Positions 50,246 to 57,902 of a stretch of DNA of 64,000 nucleotides are shown one piece after another. Numbering within the stretch: position 1 is the first letter of the stretch; every line of letters begins with the position of its first letter. The position numbers and the translations under genes are program-made. This DNA comes from Escherichia phage vB_Eco_mar003J3: the sequence record NC_048203.1; one strand, 5' to 3'. The notes under the pieces are model-generated. The model saw only the letters and a list, made by a program, of their open reading frames with translations. It ran no database searches and was not told the DNA's origin.

Positions 50246-50638
50246 TTAAAGACCATACGCCAACGCATCAGCGATAAAACTAATATCCTCACCTGATACA
50301 CTGGAACGAATCCCCGCGCAAGTGTAGACCTTTGCAGACATAAGAGCATTATCAAGGCAAGCGGGGCATGGCGCGACAACTGCAAACGCTAGACCTGATT
50401 TTACAGCGTCAATAATAACAGTTTGCTCTTTTACGGTATCAATATAAACGCCTTTTGCTTTTGTATGGCTTGACGCTTTACCGGTAATGTATGCAAATGT
50501 TGTTACCTGTAGCGCCTCGTTAAAGTCTAGCAGTTCATCAATAATATGACCCGATTCAACGTGATAACGCTCGCCATTAGAATAAACTAGAACGATGGAA
50601 GAAGTAGCGTGATCAAAAGGAATGTTTTGGTTTTTCAT
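50246..50638 (-). CDS. hypothetical pre-early protein (130 aa)
   Basis: ORF between A1-like and dmp genes with GGAG RBS; contains PCPAC motif; function unknown. Confidence 0.55.
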   Translation of the reverse strand: MKNQNIPFDHATSSIVLVYSNGERYHVESGHIIDELLDFNEALQVTTFAYITGKASSHTKAKGVYIDTVKEQTVIIDAVKSGLAFAVVAPCPACLDNALMSAKVYTCAGIRSSVSGEDISFIADALAYGL

Positions 50639-50682
50639 GTTTAAAACTCCAGATTATTTAATTAACTTTTTCGGGAATATAA

Positions 50683-50700
50683 GCGGGGAATATTCCCCGC
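50683..50700. repeat. 18-bp perfect palindrome GCGGGGAATATTCCCCGC (copy 1)
   Basis: Lies in a 30-bp segment identical to 52705-52734; between the A1-like gene stop and the next gene. Confidence 0.9.
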
Positions 50701-50713
50701 TGATTAAATTTAA

Positions 50714-52378
50714 TTAGGCAAAGAATTTGCCATTTTTGAAATCAATCAAGGTACGTTGACCGTTTGCATATGTAATTAAATGCGTTTGCGTCCAGCTTGA
50801 CGCGCCAACGTTGTAACCCATATCGAGACTACCAGCAACGCCAGCGGTATAAACGCCGCCGTATATACTAGCCGTGTGAGTGTGGCCCGTGTTGAGGCGT
50901 CCTAACTTTTTAAACTGTTTAGGATTGCCCCGACTGCCGTTAATGCCGTTGTGACCATGTACACCGCATTCAATTCCTGCAATCTTGAAAGATTGGTCAG
51001 TAGTCAGGAAAATAGCGTTAAATTCGCAACCTGCAACGTTTCTAAGCGCATAATCCAATACGTTAAAGGTATCATCTTGTTTTGCAATAGCCGCATAAAT
51101 CGCAGCGTTTAGGCTGTGATACAGTTCGGCGTTTGCGGGGTCGTCTTTAATGTTAGCGTTACGATCATCAAGCCAACGGGATAACGCCAAATCATGATTG
51201 GATTCCACGATGATTGTTTGAGAAAAATCGCGCTCCATTGACTCCAACACGCGACCGGTATCAATGAGATCGTCAATAACTTTATCACGTCCGGCGGCGT
51301 ATTGTTTCGCAAGGAATACACCACTTGCGCGGTTGTGATGGTTACGCGATGTAAAATCATGCACATCATGAATAAACTGATATTTCGGTTTAAGAATATC
51401 AAGCAAGCTATTTTCGCCCACCCATGATGCAACGGCGCATTCATCATCTAATTTTTCGGCGTGAATATCGCCATATTGCAAGCCTAGAACATGATCGGAC
51501 GTTTCAAAACATCCGGTAGGCATAGCGCAAATATTCAAATCATAAAACATTCCGCTTTCATCCATTGTTTCAAGCTGGCGAACAAAAAATTCGCCGTCGT
51601 CGTCAAATTCTACCAACAAAGCGCCGTAATTATGCAGCGCCTCAGCTTTTTGACCTGCTTTCTGCTGAATATAGTTTTTAAGTGTAGCCGTTCCGGTGGA
51701 GTACATACGGCGCACTACTTCACCTTTTAACGCTGGCACACTTTCAGCGGTAATTTTAGCGTGACCAATTGCCAGACCTTCAATATTTAAAGCCGTGGCG
51801 GTTTCTGCGAATCCTGAAAGCGGATAGTCTGCCGTTGGTAACACGTTAATTTCAGCCATGAAAGCAAAACGGCGATTATTTAAAAATACGTTTTTCTCGC
51901 AAATATATTTATTAAATGCGGGATCGTATTTAATGCCTTCGTTACCTTCTCCATTCTGGAAGCCGTTTTTATTGTAAATGAATTTACTAACCAGCAATTC
52001 ACCGCCGATATATTCAGCGAATTGCTCAAGCACTTTCAAAAAGTTTTTATGTGGGAAAGTATTATTTTGAATCGACGTTAGAATAAAACGGCGACCGGAT
52101 TTAACTTCCCACTGTTCCACGGTACTAGAAACAATCCCCGCCGCTTCTGGGCGATCATCATTTTTAATCGCCTTTTCAGCTTTTGCCGCTTTCGGTTTCG
52201 CTGGCTTATTTGCTTCCAGCCAGTCACAAATTGCGGTCGAATGTTTCGGCGTGTCATAAACAGCTTTTGAAATATCGTCACAAACTTCCAATTTAGTAGC
52301 GCGTAAACGCTTGCCATAGAAATTAAAATCAGCGGCAAGTTTAGTGATCTGGGACTGTTTTTCTGCGGAAATATTCAT
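50714..52378 (-). CDS. A1: pre-early A1-like metallophosphoesterase
   Basis: 554 aa; calcineurin-like motifs GDIH, HDVHDF, ESNHD, GVHGHNG, GHTH; adjacent to dmp as in T5. Confidence 0.8.
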   Translation of the reverse strand: MNISAEKQSQITKLAADFNFYGKRLRATKLEVCDDISKAVYDTPKHSTAICDWLEANKPAKPKAAKAEKAIKNDDRPEAAGIVSSTVEQWEVKSGRRFILTSIQNNTFPHKNFLKVLEQFAEYIGGELLVSKFIYNKNGFQNGEGNEGIKYDPAFNKYICEKNVFLNNRRFAFMAEINVLPTADYPLSGFAETATALNIEGLAIGHAKITAESVPALKGEVVRRMYSTGTATLKNYIQQKAGQKAEALHNYGALLVEFDDDGEFFVRQLETMDESGMFYDLNICAMPTGCFETSDHVLGLQYGDIHAEKLDDECAVASWVGENSLLDILKPKYQFIHDVHDFTSRNHHNRASGVFLAKQYAAGRDKVIDDLIDTGRVLESMERDFSQTIIVESNHDLALSRWLDDRNANIKDDPANAELYHSLNAAIYAAIAKQDDTFNVLDYALRNVAGCEFNAIFLTTDQSFKIAGIECGVHGHNGINGSRGNPKQFKKLGRLNTGHTHTASIYGGVYTAGVAGSLDMGYNVGASSWTQTHLITYANGQRTLIDFKNGKFFA

Positions 52379-52476
52379 ATATTAATTAACTCCATTAAAG
52401 GGATTTAAAACATTTTAAAGCTGGCAATATTGCCAAATATAACGCCGTTTATTTACAGCGTTATAATTTGCAACAT

Positions 52477-52674
52477 TTAACTAATCGGCATTAGGCTAGA
52501 ACTTACACCAAGAGCAACGGCGGCAATAAAACAAATAAGACCTAAACTCTTTGCGAATTTAGATTTATGCTTAAAATAATATGAATCTAAATCATTTTGA
52601 AAATAAGCGAATAATAATGAGGCCGCCATAATAAACAAGCCTAGAATGAGGGATTCACTAGGAAAGAAGATCAT
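52477..52674 (-). CDS. small membrane protein (two predicted TM helices)
   Basis: ATG at 52674 (MIFFPSESLILGLFIMAASLL...); between A2-like and A1-like genes. Confidence 0.45.
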   Translation of the reverse strand: MIFFPSESLILGLFIMAASLLFAYFQNDLDSYYFKHKSKFAKSLGLICFIAAVALGVSSSLMPIS

Positions 52675-52704
52675 TTTAATAACTCCGGTCAAAGGGAAAT
52701 TATA

Positions 52705-52722
52705 GCGGGGAATATTCCCCGC
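52705..52722. repeat. 18-bp perfect palindrome GCGGGGAATATTCCCCGC (copy 2)
   Basis: Identical 30-bp context to copy 1; followed on - strand by TATAAT. Confidence 0.9.
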
Positions 52723-52731
52723 TGATTAAAT

Positions 52732-53166
52732 TTATTCGCCTGCGGCCTGTTTTACTTCATCGACAACGCCTAACAATTGCGCCATGGCTTCCAGCGTTTC
52801 CAGTTTTGCACTTTCCAAACTTGCCAGATCGTCGGCGTCTTTGATAATGCCTGAATCAATGGCGTGTTTAGCGATAACGCGCACATAGTGAGCTTTACGG
52901 ATTGAGCTACCGCCGCCAACTTTGCGCGGCTTGTCGCTTTTCTGGTAGGCTTTTGCACTGGTCAATTTAGAACGTACAGAGACAGGGGAAGCCGCGCCAA
53001 CGGCGGCGGCGATTTCTTTTAAGCCGTCACTGTTAGCAAATTCAACGCCATTTTTTTCGATCATTTCAGAATACAAAGAGACAGCTTTCTGCGTGTTTTC
53101 TTCATTCCAAGAGAATTTTGCGGCTTTTTCGGTTTTAACGTTAGACATAGTAAATACTCCGTTCAA
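52732..53166 (-). CDS. pre-early A2-like protein (putative)
   Basis: 144-aa ORF upstream of the A1-like gene, size close to the ~15 kDa I recall for T5 A2; assignment by synteny only. Confidence 0.45.
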   Translation of the reverse strand: MNGVFTMSNVKTEKAAKFSWNEENTQKAVSLYSEMIEKNGVEFANSDGLKEIAAAVGAASPVSVRSKLTSAKAYQKSDKPRKVGGGSSIRKAHYVRVIAKHAIDSGIIKDADDLASLESAKLETLEAMAQLLGVVDEVKQAAGE

Positions 53167-53247
53167 TTATTAATTAAGGGATTATGATTAACTAATGTTA
53201 ATCGTTATATTGCCCATATTTCAGGGCAATATAAAAGTAACACTAAT

Positions 53248-53499
53248 TTATGCTATGGCTTGCCATTTATCATCTTTCTGAATGACCTTTACAACGTCGC
53301 CAGATTTAACACGGACGGTATAAATCGGCTTGCCGTGGTTACTGCGTTCCGTTTCCGCGTAGACCGCTTCAATCTTATCAAAGGGATCAAGCGCCGCACC
53401 TTTAATACGTTCGGCTTTTCCGGTTAATTCATCCGTTTTAGTTACAAAAGGAATGAATACAGATTGACCTACTTTCGGCGCGGTAATAACGTTTTGCAT
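53248..53499 (-). CDS. hypothetical pre-early protein
   Basis: 83-aa ORF with GGAG RBS. Confidence 0.5.
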   Translation of the reverse strand: MQNVITAPKVGQSVFIPFVTKTDELTGKAERIKGAALDPFDKIEAVYAETERSNHGKPIYTVRVKSGDVVKVIQKDDKWQAIA

Positions 53500-53632
53500 T
53501 TTTAATACTCCGGTTTATTGGGGATTATTCCACAATAGCGCCTCGATACTTTGAAACGCTATTAGATTATAATCCGCTAGGAGTTAGCCTAAACATTACC
53601 GTTATCCAAATTGTTAAAGAGCAGTTACTACG

Positions 53633-53655
53633 GGGAACATCTTAAAACCTATCGG
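53633..53655. repeat. 23-bp inverted repeat, left arm
   Basis: GGGAACATCTTAAAACCTATCGG; reverse complement of 53907-53929 with one mismatch. Confidence 0.85.
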
Positions 53656-53663
53656 CTAGCGTG

Positions 53664-53873
53664 TCAAGCGTTTTTTAAACTTTTTTCGATTTGATGGGAG
53701 TTATATAAATCAATCATTATATTACGCCACACCATTTCCAGCCCTTGTTGCTTGCCTTTCTTGTATTGCTTGAATCTGTATTTTACAGATCGTTGCGCTA
53801 CTGTCAACAAATTTTTTGTTCTGCTATCAAGCGACTTGATAGGCTTGCCAGTGATCAAAAGCGTTTGTTTCAT
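53664..53873 (-). CDS. hypothetical small basic protein
   Basis: 69 aa, Lys/Arg-rich, RBS AAGGAA; ORF sits exactly between the two arms of the 23-bp inverted repeat. Confidence 0.45.
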   Translation of the reverse strand: MKQTLLITGKPIKSLDSRTKNLLTVAQRSVKYRFKQYKKGKQQGLEMVWRNIMIDLYNSHQIEKSLKNA

Positions 53874-53906
53874 ATCGTCGATTCCTTATAATATCTAAGT
53901 TTACCG

Positions 53907-53929
53907 CCGATAGGCTTTAAGATGTTCCC
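53907..53929. repeat. 23-bp inverted repeat, right arm
   Basis: CCGATAGGCTTTAAGATGTTCCC. Confidence 0.85.
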
Positions 53930-54028
53930 TAATTTTTAAAGAGCATGGCAGGGTTTTGAAAGGTCAAACAGACTGTCAATCGCTGTTATCCCCGCCGTGT
54001 AGTTCGTCATTGCCGCCCTACGTGATAA

Positions 54029-54057
54029 ATAATAGGAGAATACCGAGAAGGGCGCAA
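54029..54057 (-). promoter_or_regulatory. candidate sigma70 promoter for the - strand pre-early operon
   Basis: On - strand TTGCGC-17 bp-TATTAT about 150 nt upstream of ORF 53873; weak call. Confidence 0.3.
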
Positions 54058-54280
54058 GCGTATTTTTGTAAAGAAACGTAAAGAAAACCACTACTCGCAA
54101 ACGTCCAGCGGCGCATTAAATTTAATGAAACGGGCGCGCGAATAACACCAAAACAACCATTTTAGCAAGTAATTTTTTCATTTATATCTGCTCTAGGGTA
54201 CTTGACAAAATCTAAAATCCTCGTGGTGAGGTTTTCTCGGTGTACCCCTTATGATTGCCTATCTTTTCCTTTGAGGCGCT

Positions 54281-54307
54281 TAGAATGCGTTACAGAGCGT
54301 TTTAGAC
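54281..54307. repeat. 27-bp direct repeat, copy 1
   Basis: TTAGAATGCGTTACAGAGCGTTTTAGA, identical at 57704-57730. Confidence 0.85.
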
Positions 54308-54521
54308 CCTGTTAATAACTTATACAAAAAGCAAAAATGAAATTTAATGAGTTATCCACTTGATTTTTCAAAAAAGTATTTTCTGCTGTTATTTTTCATT
54401 GACAAATAAGTCTGGACGTGTATCAGATCGTTAGCAGACTAATAATCGCTAGGATGATAATCACGCTGGTGGATTGTAACGGCTGAAATCATTAGCAGAC
54501 TATTAATCAAGGAAAATCCTA

Positions 54522-54552
54522 TTAGCCAACTAACTATTTCATAATATATAAT
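54522..54552 (+). promoter_or_regulatory. T5-type promoter (weak -35)
   Basis: TATAAT followed by ATACATATAAATTAATGAGAAAT conserved downstream box; about 430 nt upstream of ORF 54982. Confidence 0.45.
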
Positions 54553-54636
54553 ATACATATAAATTAATGAGAAATAATAAATATGAGAAACTATCGGGCT
54601 AAGTGAGAACCACTATCATTTAACTTATACCCAAAG

Positions 54637-54645
54637 TTATCCACA
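54637..54645 (+). promoter_or_regulatory. DnaA box (TTATCCACA)
   Basis: Exact match to the consensus 9-mer. Confidence 0.5.
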
Positions 54646-54685
54646 GCACAAAATAACTTGACGCAATAGGCGACGTTTTGGCGAC

Positions 54686-54694
54686 TTATCCACA
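54686..54694 (+). promoter_or_regulatory. DnaA box (TTATCCACA)
   Basis: Exact match to the consensus 9-mer; part of inverted repeat A. Confidence 0.5.
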
Positions 54695-54714
54695 GACTTA
54701 TATACAGGTTATCC

Positions 54715-54734
54715 TACTGTATAAATATACAGGG
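54715..54734. promoter_or_regulatory. LexA/SOS-box-like palindrome
   Basis: TACTGTATAAATATACAGGG fits CTGT-N8-ACAG; part of inverted repeat A. Confidence 0.4.
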
Positions 54735-54981
54735 TAGAATGGTAGCAGTAACAACCGCAATCAAATTTAAGCGGCCTAGAACGCGCTACACGGCGTTTTC
54801 TCACTGCTGCCCTTATTATAATAAAGCCTTGTGTACACTTACAGAGTGCTAGAAATAGAAAACGCGCGGATATCATAAAAACAGGCAGTAAGCAAGGAAT
54901 AAAAAACCTTTTCTTTTTCCTTGCCCCTAGCGAACAAATATCTATATCATTCACTCACCGATTAACGAGGGAGACAAAGAA

Positions 54982-56007
54982 ATGTCTACTGTAAGAATTG
55001 CAGTACCAGCAAACGCCACTATTATTAAGGGTAGTTTGCGCAACCTGCTAGACGGATCAAGTCTAGCAAGCCTACAGCTAGACGGATCAAGTCTAGCAAG
55101 CCTACAACATACGGCGGCAATGGTTGAAAAGATTCACGATGAAATTTTAGATAATAATGATACTCATTATTGTTTAAGTGATTTCACACAATTACTAGAC
55201 CCTACCCGCGTTCTAGTGCTTTACAACCGTGACTATCACATCATGCGAAATCAGCGGGGAAGAGATATTGATTTTATCATTGTAGGTCACGACGAAAAAA
55301 GCTATATTGCCCGTGGTTACAATGTACAAGAAAAAGAAATGGTTTTCGCTACTCGCGTAAATGGTATTAATTCCAGCGATGTAGAAGATTTACTATCTAG
55401 TATTTGTGGCGAATTGACAAGCGCCATTAAACGTGCTGATAGTTACGCAATCGAAACAACTGGCGTATTGTGTTTTGGACGCGCTAGAGGTAACATGTTG
55501 ATCCCTAACGATTATTTAGAGTATGGGAATGAATCAAACGTTGCAAACGCTGGATTTACACTTTTACCGCTTGACAATGTAACAAAACAGGCTGTACAAT
55601 CTCAAACTTCAAGCGCAAATGCGCAAACTACTGAAAATAAAGGAAATATTATGTCTAAAGTATCTTCTATCGTTGCTGCTAATAAATCCGCCGTTGTAAA
55701 CGCTGCTAAACTGGAAGTGGGTAAAATTGCACTGACTCAAGTCACAAAAGTAGCGGCGAAAAAAGCACCGTTTATGATTAAAGGGTATATTGATACGCCG
55801 ATTGGTCGTGTAGTGATCGCTAACCTGCTGAGTGTAGCGGTTGACCAGTACGCCCCGACTAATGCGAAAGCTAAAGCGGTAGCAGGCGCGGCAATGGAAG
55901 CGGCAATGTTGGAAATGGTACAAAGTTTCAATATTGCTGAAATGATCGATGAAATGGTAAAAGGTATTGACATTTCAACCTTTACCCAAAATGCTGAAAG
56001 CGAGTAA
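54982..56007 (+). CDS. hypothetical protein (341 aa) with internal 10-aa tandem duplication
   Basis: RBS GAGGGAG; N-terminal LDGSSLASLQ x2; possible internal start MSKVSSIV after AAAGGAAA. Confidence 0.6.
   Translation: MSTVRIAVPANATIIKGSLRNLLDGSSLASLQLDGSSLASLQHTAAMVEKIHDEILDNNDTHYCLSDFTQLLDPTRVLVLYNRDYHIMRNQRGRDIDFIIVGHDEKSYIARGYNVQEKEMVFATRVNGINSSDVEDLLSSICGELTSAIKRADSYAIETTGVLCFGRARGNMLIPNDYLEYGNESNVANAGFTLLPLDNVTKQAVQSQTSSANAQTTENKGNIMSKVSSIVAANKSAVVNAAKLEVGKIALTQVTKVAAKKAPFMIKGYIDTPIGRVVIANLLSVAVDQYAPTNAKAKAVAGAAMEAAMLEMVQSFNIAEMIDEMVKGIDISTFTQNAESE
55048..55107. repeat. 30-bp tandem duplication, two copies
   Basis: CTAGACGGATCAAGTCTAGCAAGCCTACAG / ...ACAA, one mismatch. Confidence 0.9.
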
Positions 56008-56035
56008 TAATTAGTCTAATGTAAAGTTTTGTAAA

Positions 56036-56061
56036 GGTCGCCCTAATCGGCGGCCTTTTTT
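56036..56061 (+). terminator. rho-independent terminator
   Basis: GGTCGCC-CTAATC-GGCGGCC hairpin followed by TTTTTT. Confidence 0.65.
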
Positions 56062-56125
56062 GTTATAATGCCTTTACACCGAAACGGTGGATTGAAAATT
56101 TTCCCCGATTTCTAGGAGGCGTTAA

Positions 56126-56353
56126 ATGGTACATTCATCATCTTCTGCAATTTTTAATGGTATGGAATGGGTATCCGTTCCCACTATTGTAAGCGTTATG
56201 GTTTCGGAGTTTGGGATTGGTAAAACTTATGTTACCATTCAGGAGCTTTACGACAATGACAAGATTGATCAGCAAACAGCCGGATTTTTGCTGGATGAAT
56301 TGAAAGCTAACCACTGCACCAAAAAGCAAGCGGCAAAAATTGTTTTAATGTAA
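56126..56353 (+). CDS. hypothetical protein (75 aa)
   Basis: RBS TAGGAGG. Confidence 0.5.
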   Translation: MVHSSSSAIFNGMEWVSVPTIVSVMVSEFGIGKTYVTIQELYDNDKIDQQTAGFLLDELKANHCTKKQAAKIVLM

Positions 56354-56360
56354 TTAATAA

Positions 56361-56388
56361 CGGGGCGTTACTTTCGCCCCTAATTTCT
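56361..56388 (+). terminator. hairpin / partial terminator
   Basis: GGGGCG-TTACTTT-CGCCCC followed by TAATTTCT. Confidence 0.5.
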
Positions 56389-56401
56389 AGGAGCTAATAA
56401 A

Positions 56402-56551
56402 ATGGTTATTTTTCGATCAGTTCTAGCAGGTATCTTGGGCGCTATTTTATCGTTGTTTGCAATAGCTTTCGGTGTTCATGCCGTTATTATCGGCGCGGGT
56501 ATCGCGGGGTTTTCTTACCTGTTAGGCTGTATGACTGGTAAAGGGGGATAA
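56402..56551 (+). CDS. small membrane protein (49 aa, two predicted TM helices)
   Basis: RBS TAGGAGCTAATAAAATG; hydrophobic Gly/Ala-rich sequence; below ORF-track cut-off. Confidence 0.45.
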   Translation: MVIFRSVLAGILGAILSLFAIAFGVHAVIIGAGIAGFSYLLGCMTGKGG

Positions 56552-56553
56552 AA

Positions 56554-56766
56554 ATGTTAAAAAATGTAAGCCTTGCCCGTTCTAAAGGTTTTAAGCTGGT
56601 GGATGTTAACACGTTCGAGCGTCCAGATTGTAAAATCGAATATGTAGCACGCAACAAAAACGCGTTTCGTGTTACAGAAAAGAAATTTGACAAGCGCGGC
56701 AATTTGGTAGCCGAAACGGTTAAACACTTTGCCACCTTTTACGCTGCGTTTCGGGGAGTGTTATAA
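56554..56766 (+). CDS. hypothetical protein (70 aa)
   Basis: RBS AAGGGGGA; tightly packed operon. Confidence 0.5.
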   Translation: MLKNVSLARSKGFKLVDVNTFERPDCKIEYVARNKNAFRVTEKKFDKRGNLVAETVKHFATFYAAFRGVL

Positions 56767-56767
56767 A

Positions 56768-57112
56768 ATGGTAATTTACGAGGGCAACCGATTTGTAACT
56801 AATTGCCGTCCGGCATTATTAGCAAACTATTTAAATCAGCTTTCACCAGTTTATAAAGGCGTGGTTAATATCTATGAGGGCAAAGCACATTATAAAATTT
56901 CTGCCGTTGTCGCCCGTGAACTAGCGTTTCAATTTTTAACTTTTGGGTCTTGTGACGTTCAGGTTATGGGGGAAGCGTTAATAGCGGAAAATGAAAATGA
57001 ATTTATTGACATTTTCCGCAAAGTATGTACAGAGCGCCTGATTATGAAAGGCGCGTATATTCAATCAACCGCTGAAAGTATCGAAACAGCGTTTCGAAAG
57101 GTGGCGCAATGA
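56768..57112 (+). CDS. hypothetical protein (114 aa)
   Basis: ATG 56768 with GGGAG RBS; inside ORF-track frame 56729..57112. Confidence 0.5.
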   Translation: MVIYEGNRFVTNCRPALLANYLNQLSPVYKGVVNIYEGKAHYKISAVVARELAFQFLTFGSCDVQVMGEALIAENENEFIDIFRKVCTERLIMKGAYIQSTAESIETAFRKVAQ

Positions 57113-57294
57113 CTAGAAATGAAGCTGTTAAAGCTATGTTAGAAGGTAAAAAAGTAACTCATCGTTATTTTTCCATGCATGAATATTTATTCATGAAATA
57201 TGAAGTGATCACCACGGAGGATGGTTATAAATTTAATCATGAATTTTATAGCCGTGAAATGTTTAATGATGGCTGGCAGCTTTATTATGAATAG
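57109..57294 (+). CDS. hypothetical protein (61 aa)
   Basis: ATGA overlap with upstream gene; RBS AAGGTGG. Confidence 0.45.
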   Translation: MTRNEAVKAMLEGKKVTHRYFSMHEYLFMKYEVITTEDGYKFNHEFYSREMFNDGWQLYYE

Positions 57295-57420
57295 CTGGTG
57301 GCGAAAAACACAAAGCCATAAATCTAATAATACCGCTGGGAAACATTCCCAGCGTTTACGATTTGGTAATGGCTTCACAATGATATTGATAATCATTCTC
57401 ATTCTAGGAGCAATGGCGTT

Positions 57421-57615
57421 ATGAGTGATAAAATTGTTGTAACTAAAACTACTGTTACCGTTGATACTTTCTTTGTGCCTGATACGCTGGAAAATCGGCA
57501 AGCGGTGGAGCGTGGCGATTATGATAAAGTGATTTATGATAACGATGGTTACTATCAACATTTGGTAGACTCCTACGGCGAAAGCGAAAAGATCACACAT
57601 CGACTACCAGACTAA
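57421..57615 (+). CDS. hypothetical protein (64 aa)
   Basis: RBS AGGAG; followed by terminator. Confidence 0.5.
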   Translation: MSDKIVVTKTTVTVDTFFVPDTLENRQAVERGDYDKVIYDNDGYYQHLVDSYGESEKITHRLPD

Positions 57616-57621
57616 TAATAA

Positions 57622-57650
57622 CGGGGCGCAACTATCGGCCCCGTCTTTTC
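57622..57650 (+). terminator. rho-independent terminator
   Basis: CGGGGC-loop-GCCCCG hairpin followed by TCTTTTCT. Confidence 0.7.
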
Positions 57651-57703
57651 TGGCCTTCCTCAAATTTCCCCTTATTAAAATACCTCCGCCAAAAATAAAC
57701 GCG

Positions 57704-57730
57704 TTAGAATGCGTTACAGAGCGTTTTAGA
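57704..57730. repeat. 27-bp direct repeat, copy 2
   Basis: Identical to 54281-54307. Confidence 0.85.
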
Positions 57731-57760
57731 GCTATATTAGAGTTATTCACTACGCAGGAA

Positions 57761-57780
57761 TACTGTATAAATATACAGTA
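57761..57780. promoter_or_regulatory. LexA/SOS-box-like palindrome
   Basis: TACTGTATAAATATACAGTA: one mismatch from the idealised SOS box TACTGTATATATATACAGTA. Confidence 0.45.
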
Positions 57781-57788
57781 GAATAACC

Positions 57789-57809
57789 TGTTGATAAGTC
57801 TGTTGATAA
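57789..57809 (-). promoter_or_regulatory. two DnaA-box-like 9-mers (TTATCAACA)
   Basis: TGTTGATAA at 57789-57797 and 57801-57809; one mismatch from TTATCCACA. Confidence 0.35.
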
Positions 57810-57861
57810 CGCCCCAAAATCGCTAGGATTTTGTCAAGTCAAATCGTGCTGTTAATAAACC

Positions 57862-57870
57862 TGTGGATAA
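57862..57870 (-). promoter_or_regulatory. DnaA box (TTATCCACA on - strand)
   Basis: TGTGGATAA, exact consensus. Confidence 0.5.
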
Positions 57871-57902
57871 CTTAAATAACAGTGTTTCTCACTTCGCTTT
57901 GT

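Noticed and set aside
50246-50638. Calling the 130-aa pre-early ORF a cytidine/dCMP deaminase
   Set aside because: HxE and PCxxC-like motifs are present but about 70 residues apart, which does not fit the canonical deaminase core; left as hypothetical.
49400-57600. Compositional island (horizontally acquired) in the pre-early region
   Set aside because: Spot checks gave about 42-48% GC here versus about 38% in some structural genes, but replication genes also reach about 48%. Without a sliding-window calculation the difference is not convincing.
57761-57780. Treating the SOS-box-like palindromes as proven LexA sites
   Set aside because: The match to CTGT-N8-ACAG is strong, but the palindromes are also the core of the inverted repeats, and a virulent phage has no obvious need for LexA control. 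Kept as a hypothesis in findings, not as an established site.
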